A DNA stretch of 64,000 bases from Planctomycetota bacterium (GTDB lineage Bacteria; Planctomycetota; UBA1135; UBA2386): contig JANPER010000046.1 in NCBI GenBank assembly GCA_031423015.1, forward strand, positions 12,647 to 76,646, given 5' to 3'. Under the pieces are notes generated by a model. That model worked only from the letters and a program-made list of their open reading frames with translations, made no database searches and had not been told where the DNA came from. A program made the translations under genes and the position numbers. Position 1 is the first letter of the stretch; each line of letters begins with the position of its first letter. Of the stretch, positions 57,330-64,000 are shown piece after piece.

Positions 57330-58657
57330 CGTGGGTTCTCCAAAGGAAGATCAGAAGGACGAGAGGGAAAGCGAAACTGGTCGATGACGCGCCCGCAGCG
57401 CACCTCGAGATGTGCCAGGCGCGCGTCGATGGCGCGCATCAGGGTGCCGATGTCGAGATCGTCGGCGAGCGTGCTCTGGCCCAGCAGCTCGCGGATCGCA
57501 TCGACTTCGACGCGCAGCGCGGCGATGTCGCGCGCCAGCGCCACGACCGGCGCCGGCAGCGACGCGGCGACGACCGGGTCGAGCGCCACCGCGATGGGCG
57601 GCCTGGGGTCGATGGCGCGCACGTCGGGCAGCACGAAGGGCGCGCTGCCGCAGAACGCGAGGACAAGGGCGCGTGCCAGGCTGGAGCCCACGCGGCTGCG
57701 CCGCGGCGCCCCTTCGAGCAGCAGGCGCACGCGACGTTGCAGGCCGCTCGTGGTCGCCGCCATGGCCTGGCCATGCGCCATGCCAACGCCGCGCGGCGCG
57801 TGCGCCAGCCACTCGGCCGCGCGCACCAGCGCGCGCGCCAACGCCACGCCGGCCTGCGGATGCGTGCTACGCGCGATGGCGTCGCATCGCAGTTCCGCCA
57901 GCGCCAGCAACCGGCGGCGCGCCACCCACAACAACGGGTGGAAGAACAGCGCGCGGCACACCAAGGCGTAGAGCAGGCTCCATGCCGGATCACGCCGCCG
58001 CACGTGCGCCAGCTCGTGCGCCAGCATCGCGTGCAGCTCGGCGGCGTCGAACTCGCGCACCGCGCGGTCGGACACGCACACCTCGGGGTGCAACAGACCG
58101 AGGGCGAGCGGGGTCGTGGCACGCGCCGAGGTCGTGATCAACGGCACGCGCGACAGGCGAAGCGCAGTGGCCAATGCGACGGCGTGATCGCGCAAACTCG
58201 CGCTCGGCGCGCGTGGCGACAGCCCGCGTCGCAGCCGGCTGTACACCCACGCCAGGTGCACCAGCGCGAACGCGGCCAGCGCGAGCCATGCCAGGGTCGC
58301 GACGTCGACGCGCGTGAGGCGTTCATGCCACGCCACAGCAGTCGCCAAGGAAGGCTCACTCGACACCGCCGAGAAAGCGCCTGGCACCGAGGGCGTCGCC
58401 GCAGTCAGCGACTCACTCGCGAGCGCGCGCCACGAACCCACCCACGGGTCGATGCCGACGCCGAGTTGCAGCGAGGCGGTGAGCAACCCGCCGAGCAACG
58501 CGACCCGCCACACCAACTCGCGCGCCGCAGCACTGGCGCGGGGCAGCACGCGATCGAGCAGCAGCGCCACGAGGCCAAGCGCGAGAGTATGCAGCGCGGC
58601 GGTAGCGACCCAGGCCTGCACTGCGCCGAGCCACGGAGTGAGCGCGTCACGCATCGT
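57326..58657 (-). CDS. BlaR1/MecR1-family M56 peptidase signal transducer
   Basis: internal ATG 58657 (MRDALTPW); four TM helices, HELAHVRRRD (HExxH zinc site), extracytoplasmic C-domain with a coiled-coil end. Confidence 0.7.
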   Translation of the reverse strand, partial: TMRDALTPWLGAVQAWVATAALHTLALGLVALLLDRVLPRASAAARELVWRVALLGGLLTASLQLGVGIDPWVGSWRALASESLTAATPSVPGAFSAVSSEPSLATAVAWHERLTRVDVATLAWLALAAFALVHLAWVYSRLRRGLSPRAPSASLRDHAVALATALRLSRVPLITTSARATTPLALGLLHPEVCVSDRAVREFDAAELHAMLAHELAHVRRRDPAWSLLYALVCRALFFHPLLWVARRRLLALAELRCDAIARSTHPQAGVALARALVRAAEWLAHAPRGVGMAHGQAMAATTSGLQRRVRLLLEGAPRRSRVGSSLARALVLAFCGSAPFVLPDVRAIDPRPPIAVALDPVVAASLPAPVVALARDIAALRVEVDAIRELLGQSTLADDLDIGTLMRAIDARLAHLEVRCGRVIDQFRFPSRPSDLPLENPR

Positions 58658-59063
58658 CGTTGCGCTCCTTCGGCGTCCCGGCTTGACGCAGCTGCGCTTC
58701 ACGCGCATCGATCAGCTTGCGCAGCTCGGACAGCTCGCGCGGATCGAACTCGCCGTCGCGCAGCAACTGACTCACCAACGCCGCCTGGCTGCCGTCGAAC
58801 ACGCGCTCGACCACGTCGGTCACCATCGAGCGGCCCACGTCGTTCTCACGCACCGCGGGTCGATACACGAACACGCGGCCCTCGGCGCGATGCCGCACCA
58901 GGCTGCGCGTCTCCATCTTGCGCAGCATGGTGCCGATGGTGGTGAGTGCGAGTCCGCGCTCGCGCCCGAGCGTCTCGTGCACCTGGGCCACGGTGGCTTC
59001 GCCGTGGTGCCAGAGTTCCGTAAGGATGGCGAACTGCAGTTGACCGAGTCGATGAACGCGCAT
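58647..59063 (-). CDS. BlaI/MecI/CopY-family transcriptional repressor
   Basis: winged-helix motif LGQLQFAILTELWHHGEATVAQVHETLGRERGLALTTIGTMLRKMETRSLV; overlaps the BlaR1 start. Confidence 0.75.
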   Translation of the reverse strand: MRVHRLGQLQFAILTELWHHGEATVAQVHETLGRERGLALTTIGTMLRKMETRSLVRHRAEGRVFVYRPAVRENDVGRSMVTDVVERVFDGSQAALVSQLLRDGEFDPRELSELRKLIDAREAQLRQAGTPKERNDDA

Positions 59064-59281
59064 GTGCAACTACCAGAGTAGTCGGATGTGACTACTCTGG
59101 TAGTTGAGGTTTCTCCTGATGTCGGGGAAACTTGCGTCGGGAGAGTCGCCCGGACGACCCCGTGCCTCCCAGAGCCCGACGACCTCCCGAGTTTGCACGT
59201 GATTCCACAATTGCCTGTCACCGCGTGACATCCAGCGGTGGTGCGCGGCCGCGCAGCGCCGGTGCGCGCTACACTTGGCGC

Positions 59282-59944
59282 ATGGAACGCCCCCTCGCCG
59301 CGCGCCCCCGGGTCTACCTGGTCGGCGCCCACGCCACCGGCAAGACCACGCTCGCGCGCTGGATCCGCGACCGCTACGGCCTGCCGATGATCTCCGAAGT
59401 CGCGCGCCGCGTGATGGCCGAGATGGAGGTGCCGATCGAATCGTTGCGCGTGAACCTGCACCTGGTGAACGCCTTCCAGGCGCGCGTCTTCGAGGAGCAG
59501 ATCCGCGCCGAGGCCGAGCACGACGGGCCGTTCGTGTCCGACCGCGCGTTCTGCAACATCGCCTACGCCGCGCACCACTCGACGATCCTGCCGGAGATCG
59601 CTGCCGACCCGCGCCTCGCCCGCTACATGGACACCGTGCGCGACGGCGTCGTGTTCTTCTTGCGCCCGCACAAGGAGCTACTCGCGGTCGACGGCGTGCG
59701 CGAGATCCCCGCGTGGGACGACGTGGTGCGCGTCGACGGCATGGTGAAGCTCATGCTCGAGCTGTTCTCGATCCCCTACATCCAGGTCGATTGTCTCTCG
59801 ATGCAGGAGCGCGTGCGCTTGGTTGAGCGCGTGCTCGACCTCGCGGGGATGCCATCGGTGGCGACGACGAAGCGGTATTTGAAGACTGGCGAGGAGCAGC
59901 CCGCGCAGTCGGCGCGGAAGAGTGGGCAGCAGCCGGTGAACTGA
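59282..59944 (+). CDS. P-loop NTPase (AAA_28 / NadR-kinase-like)
   Basis: internal ATG of ORF 59132..59944; Walker A LVGAHATGKTTLARWI, Walker B-like VVFFL. Confidence 0.5.
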   Translation: MERPLAARPRVYLVGAHATGKTTLARWIRDRYGLPMISEVARRVMAEMEVPIESLRVNLHLVNAFQARVFEEQIRAEAEHDGPFVSDRAFCNIAYAAHHSTILPEIAADPRLARYMDTVRDGVVFFLRPHKELLAVDGVREIPAWDDVVRVDGMVKLMLELFSIPYIQVDCLSMQERVRLVERVLDLAGMPSVATTKRYLKTGEEQPAQSARKSGQQPVN

Positions 59945-59996
59945 GTAAGGCACCGTCGTCGTGCGCCGACTCGTGACGCGCACCACTGGTCGCCAG

Positions 59997-62210
59997 CTAG
60001 GGCCAGCGACAGACTCCAATCCCGCCGTTGCTCGCCGTGACGCCGAGGGGGTTCGCCGAGGGGTCGAGCGACAAGTGCTGATTGAAGCAACGAAGCCCCT
60101 CCAGCGCAGCCAGCGCCGGAATCGTGTAGGTCAGTCTCGTCGTGCCCGTGGCGGTCGACAAAGGGATGAGGTTCTCGCCGCTGACGTAGAGCGTGCAGCC
60201 CGGCATGCCAAGTGACGCGAGGTCGTGCGGCAGCAGGATCGGGCCCCAGGCGCGATCCGAATCACCGAAGAACAGCACTCCAGGCTGGCCAGCGCGGAGG
60301 CCGTGGATCTCGTGGCTCATGGGCAGGCCGAGATAGGGCGCCGTGCCGGATAGTCGCGGCGTGCCCGAACTGCCGACGCATCCGGTGCCGAACACCTCGT
60401 AGGTGGCCGGTGTCACGGGAGAGTACTCCCAGAGATCGGACAGCGGGACTGAGTCAGCACCGCCGAACATCACCACCTTGGCGCGTGCCGTGTCGTAGGC
60501 GAGCGCGGCGCCCGACCGTGCGGTCGGCATCGACGATGGAACGCGCAGGGTCCACGCACCATCCCATTCCCAGATCTCGGAGGAGAGTCCTCGGTTGTCG
60601 CCGCCCCCGAACAACACCAAGCGCGCCCGCGCCACGTCGTACGTCATCCCGTGCCCAACGCGCGGCGGAGGATCCGTCGGCGAGCCGCCTGAACGACTCC
60701 AGTCGTTGCCGTTCCATTCCCACGTGTCGCCCAACGGGATGTATGGCGGGCCCGCACTCTGTCCACCGAACAACACCACACGGCGGCGCGCGGCATGGTA
60801 CGCGAGCGTGTGGCCAGAGCGTGCGGCGGGGCTGTTAGACGGAAACCGCTGAGTCCAGCCGACCCCATCCCACTCCCACGTGTCCGCTGAGCTCGGGAAC
60901 CCGCCAAAGAGAACGACTCGGCGGCGCTCCGCGTCGTAGGCGATCGCGTGGCCCCAGCGCCAGGGCGGGTTGTTGGTCGCAGTGCGCTGAGCCCAATTGC
61001 TGCCGTCCCACTCCCACGTGTCGGCATGACTCAGCCCCGCGGTACCCCCGACGAGGACGATCCTCGAGCGCGCGGCGTCGTACGTCATGGCGTGCCCCGA
61101 GCGGGCGCTGGGTCGTGATGCTGGGGTTCGCTGAATCCACCTGACTCCATCCCACTCCCAGGTGTCGGACAGAGAGACGGACTCAGACCTCCCCCCACCG
61201 AACAACACCGTGCAGCCGCGACTGACATCTTCGACAAGAGCGTGGCCCCCCCGCGCAGAGGGGCCCTGCCCCATCGGCTGAGTCCAACCGGTTCCATCCC
61301 ATCGCCAGGTCTCGGACGACCCGGAGTAGAGGCCTGTCGCACCACCAAACAGGATGATCCCCGCGCCGGTCGCGTCGGGGGCCATGGCGTGTACCGCTGT
61401 GGGAGGCGGGCTGGTCAGGGGCGCGCGCTGAACCCAGTTCGTGCCGTCCCACTCCCACGTGTCTCTGAGCCAGATCGAAAAGCCATTGACGAGTCCGCCA
61501 TACAGAACGACCCGACCGCGTGTGGCATCGTACGCCATGGCATGCGCTGAGCGCGGCGAAGGACTGTTCGCCGGGACGCGTTGAGTCCAGACGTTGCCGT
61601 CCCACTGCCACGTTTGCAGCGAACCGGAGAACGTCGCGACGAGGATGACCTGGCCGCGCGCAGCGTCGTAGGCCATGGCGAGGCTGCCGCTCCACGCTGG
61701 GTGAGCGGCCGGGCTGCGCTGCGTCCAAACCGCACCATCCCATTCCCACGTGTCGTCAAACAAAGCGCTGCGGCCATCGCCGCCGAACAGGACGACCCGA
61801 CGGCGCGCAGCGTCATAGCCGAGCGCATGCGATCGACGCGCGGGTGGACCCCCGACCGCAACCTGCGTCCACTCGCTGCCGTCCCACTCCCACGTGTCAC
61901 CGAAGTACGAGTTGCCGCTCTCGCCACCGAACAGGACGACCCGGTCGCGCGCCGCGTCGTACGCGAGCGCATGGCCCGAACGCGCCGAGGGACGCGTGGT
62001 TTGCTGCCGCTGGTGCCAGTGAGCCCCGTCCCATTCCCAAGTGTCCGCGCTTGCGATCCCGCTCCGATGCCCACCGAACAGCACCACGCGGTTGCGCGAG
62101 GCGTGGAGTGCCATCGAGTGCCCGACGGACCAGGGCGGCGACATCCCTTGCCACATCACTTGCCCTGTCTGCACGCTCGGGATTGCGGCCAGGATTGCGG
62201 CGATGATCAT
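59997..62210 (-). CDS. Kelch/galactose-oxidase-type beta-propeller repeat protein
   Basis: internal ATG 62210 (MIIAAILAAIPS, signal-like); about 14 units of ...R.GHA.AYDAAR.RVVLFGG......DTWEWDG..WTQ. Confidence 0.7.
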   Translation of the reverse strand: MIIAAILAAIPSVQTGQVMWQGMSPPWSVGHSMALHASRNRVVLFGGHRSGIASADTWEWDGAHWHQRQQTTRPSARSGHALAYDAARDRVVLFGGESGNSYFGDTWEWDGSEWTQVAVGGPPARRSHALGYDAARRRVVLFGGDGRSALFDDTWEWDGAVWTQRSPAAHPAWSGSLAMAYDAARGQVILVATFSGSLQTWQWDGNVWTQRVPANSPSPRSAHAMAYDATRGRVVLYGGLVNGFSIWLRDTWEWDGTNWVQRAPLTSPPPTAVHAMAPDATGAGIILFGGATGLYSGSSETWRWDGTGWTQPMGQGPSARGGHALVEDVSRGCTVLFGGGRSESVSLSDTWEWDGVRWIQRTPASRPSARSGHAMTYDAARSRIVLVGGTAGLSHADTWEWDGSNWAQRTATNNPPWRWGHAIAYDAERRRVVLFGGFPSSADTWEWDGVGWTQRFPSNSPAARSGHTLAYHAARRRVVLFGGQSAGPPYIPLGDTWEWNGNDWSRSGGSPTDPPPRVGHGMTYDVARARLVLFGGGDNRGLSSEIWEWDGAWTLRVPSSMPTARSGAALAYDTARAKVVMFGGADSVPLSDLWEYSPVTPATYEVFGTGCVGSSGTPRLSGTAPYLGLPMSHEIHGLRAGQPGVLFFGDSDRAWGPILLPHDLASLGMPGCTLYVSGENLIPLSTATGTTRLTYTIPALAALEGLRCFNQHLSLDPSANPLGVTASNGGIGVCRWP

Positions 62211-62306
62211 GCTTTGGTCTCTCCGACGGTTGGGGTTGACAGCAAGGTGGTTGCCGCCGCGCACACGATACCCACGCGAGTGTCAGGCGGCAGGCGCCTC
62301 AGCGCC

Positions 62307-63251
62307 TCAGTCCGACCCGAGCGCCGCGGTCGCCGCCGCCTTCGCTTCCTGCATCAACTCCGGCGGGTCGATGCCGCCCGTGGGCACCCACTCGATGCCG
62401 TCGCGCAGCAGCGGCGCGAGCTGTTCCCACAGATCGCGGTTGCCGACTTCCTTGCCATCCGCGGTGCGCCAATCGCGCGCTCGCCACGCGGGCAGCCAAC
62501 GGGTGGCGCCGTCGATCACGTAGTCGTTGGCGCAGAACACGCGCACCGACACGGCGCGCTTGAGCGCGCGCAGGCCCTCGATCACGGCCAGCAGGCTCAT
62601 GCGGTTGGCGGAGGCCGCCTCGACCTTGCCGCTGAGCAACTTCTTGACGCTGCCAAAGCGCAGCACCACGGCCCAGGCGCCGCGGTTGGTCTTGGGTGCA
62701 TGCGACGCCGCGGAGAACAGGTCGACCCCCTCGTCGGTCGCGTCGTTCGTCAGCGTAGCGGCCACGTGCACCTGGCGCCGGCGAGCGCTGGCGATCGCGG
62801 CGGCGGCGAGTTGGTCGGCGCGTTCGTTGAACTCGTTGCCGGCGTGCCCGCGCACCCAGTGCCACTGCACGTCGTGCTGCGCCGCGGCTTCGTCGAGCGC
62901 GCGCCACAGGTCCTGATTCTTCACCTCCTTACCAGCCGCCGTCTTCCAGCCGCGCTTGCGCCAGTTCGTGATCCACTCGGTGATGCCGCTGCGGACATAC
63001 GTGGAGTCGGTGTGCAACGCCACGCGCGTGCCGGGCGGGAACGCGCCGAGCGCCTGCAGCGCAGCCATCAGCTCCATGCGGTTGTTGGTGGTCTGCTCCT
63101 CGCCACCCGACAGCTCGCGCACCACGCGCTTGCCCTCGACCACGGCGACACCCCACCCACCGCGTCCGGGGTTCGGATCGCACCCGCCGTCGGTGTAGAC
63201 CACGACGCGATCGCCGGTCGGGACGTCCTGGTGCGCGCGCTTCTTGGCCAT
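62307..63251 (-). CDS. rnhA: tandem RNase H protein: canonical RNase HI domain followed by a degenerate RNase H-like domain
   Basis: domain 1 [44 protein letters not shown] (all four RNase HI catalytic acidic residues); domain 2 AWAVVL...NRMSLLAV...ANDYV...WVPTGG with catalytic positions substituted. Confidence 0.65.
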   Translation of the reverse strand: MAKKRAHQDVPTGDRVVVYTDGGCDPNPGRGGWGVAVVEGKRVVRELSGGEEQTTNNRMELMAALQALGAFPPGTRVALHTDSTYVRSGITEWITNWRKRGWKTAAGKEVKNQDLWRALDEAAAQHDVQWHWVRGHAGNEFNERADQLAAAAIASARRRQVHVAATLTNDATDEGVDLFSAASHAPKTNRGAWAVVLRFGSVKKLLSGKVEAASANRMSLLAVIEGLRALKRAVSVRVFCANDYVIDGATRWLPAWRARDWRTADGKEVGNRDLWEQLAPLLRDGIEWVPTGGIDPPELMQEAKAAATAALGSD

Positions 63252-63320
63252 GTGCAACCCGGCAGACTATGGCGCGGCGCTAGCATGGCAACGAGCCTTC
63301 CGAACGAGGCTCTACCCACG

Positions 63321-64000
63321 ATGCTGTTCCAACGCTTCTACTGCGAGCCGCTGGCACAGGCGGCGTATCTCATCGCGCACGGCGGCGAAGCGGTCGTCGT
63401 CGATCCGCCGCGCGACGTCGACGAGATCCTCGCGGCCGCCAAGGCCGCGGGCGTGCGCCTGCGCTGGGCGCTGGCGACGCACGTGCATGCCGACTTCGTC
63501 GCGGGCCTCGCGGAGGTCGCCGCGGCCACCGGCGCGCGCATCGGCATGGGTGAACGCTTTGCCGGCGAACTGGTGTGCGAGCGGTTCGCCGACGGCCAAG
63601 ACCTTGCCGTTGGTGGCGCGAACCTGCGCGTGATCGCGACCCCGGGGCACACGCACGAGAGCGTGTGTTTCCTGTTGCAGCCGCCATCGAACGAAGACGC
63701 CCCCGTTCGTCTCCTCACCGGCGACACGCTCTTCTTGGGCGACGTCGGCCGACCCGACCTCGTGGTTGCCGCCGGCACCTCGGCGCGCGACATGGCGCGC
63801 ACGTTGTTCCACAGCCTGCACGAACGCGTCGCGCCGCTGCCCGACGCTACCGAAGTGTGGCCCGCGCACGGTGCCGGATCGGCCTGCGGCGTGAACATCG
63901 CGAGCGCCGCGTCGTCGACCCTCGGCCTGCAACGCCTCGGCAACTGGGCGCTGGCGGAGTCCGATGCAGAACGCTTCTGCGATCGCCTGCTCGGCGCCCT
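63321..64000 (+). CDS. MBL-fold metallo-hydrolase (glyoxalase-II / persulfide-dioxygenase-like), 3' end outside window
   Basis: own translation of frame 63321: MLFQRFYCEPLAQAAYLIAHGGEAVVVDPP...ATHVHADFVAG...IATPGHTHESVCFLL...GDTLFLGDVGRPDL; not in the ORF track because it runs off the window end. Confidence 0.65.
   Translation, partial: MLFQRFYCEPLAQAAYLIAHGGEAVVVDPPRDVDEILAAAKAAGVRLRWALATHVHADFVAGLAEVAAATGARIGMGERFAGELVCERFADGQDLAVGGANLRVIATPGHTHESVCFLLQPPSNEDAPVRLLTGDTLFLGDVGRPDLVVAAGTSARDMARTLFHSLHERVAPLPDATEVWPAHGAGSACGVNIASAASSTLGLQRLGNWALAESDAERFCDRLLGA

Noticed and set aside
1-64000. CRISPR arrays, rRNA genes, additional tRNAs
   Set aside because: No regularly spaced short direct repeats were seen. 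There is no rRNA-like conserved sequence and no other cloverleaf-capable segment by eye. A tRNAscan/CRISPR finder run would be needed to be certain.

Overview
This is a 64 kb, very GC-rich (about 70 % by eye) bacterial chromosomal segment. The gene content (several ECF sigma factors, a Ser/Thr kinase with a TPR region, Kelch and LVIVD propellers, a TLC-type transporter) suggests a Myxococcota-like organism; this is inference only. I call about 50 protein genes, one tRNA-Arg(CCT), three pseudogenes and several repeat families. Housekeeping content: fprA, rlmH, priA, moaA, a phnCDE-like ABC transporter, an RNase HI protein and a GH63-like glucosidase. Accessory content and the places worth a second look: (1) a 2.6 kb decayed integrative islet in tRNA-Arg, bounded by a 40-nt repeat of the tRNA 5' half, carrying a multiply broken tyrosine integrase and one intact cargo gene for a Cys-rich N-domain plus RES-like (NAD+-glycohydrolase-toxin-like) protein; (2) a complete type I restriction-modification locus (hsdM-hsdS-hsdR) downstream of priA, with a frameshifted AlbA_2/HATPase gene sitting between hsdS and hsdR; (3) two paralogous modules made of an ECF sigma factor plus a membrane protein built of CarbopepD-like repeats, one of them translationally fused into a single 1191-aa ORF, plus a third ECF sigma and a degraded segmental duplicate of a sigma gene that carried its promoter to new genes; (4) a ParE/antitoxin cassette flanked by about 65-bp imperfect direct repeats and a palindromic REP-like element that recurs 13 kb away; (5) smaller oddities: a JAB-fprA-monooxygenase/OYE operon, a tandem RNase H with a dead second domain, a BlaI-BlaR1-proline-rich operon and an NfeD-flotillin pair. 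No CRISPR array and no rRNA were seen. All calls rest on reading the supplied ORF translations and the DNA by eye; no database searches were run.
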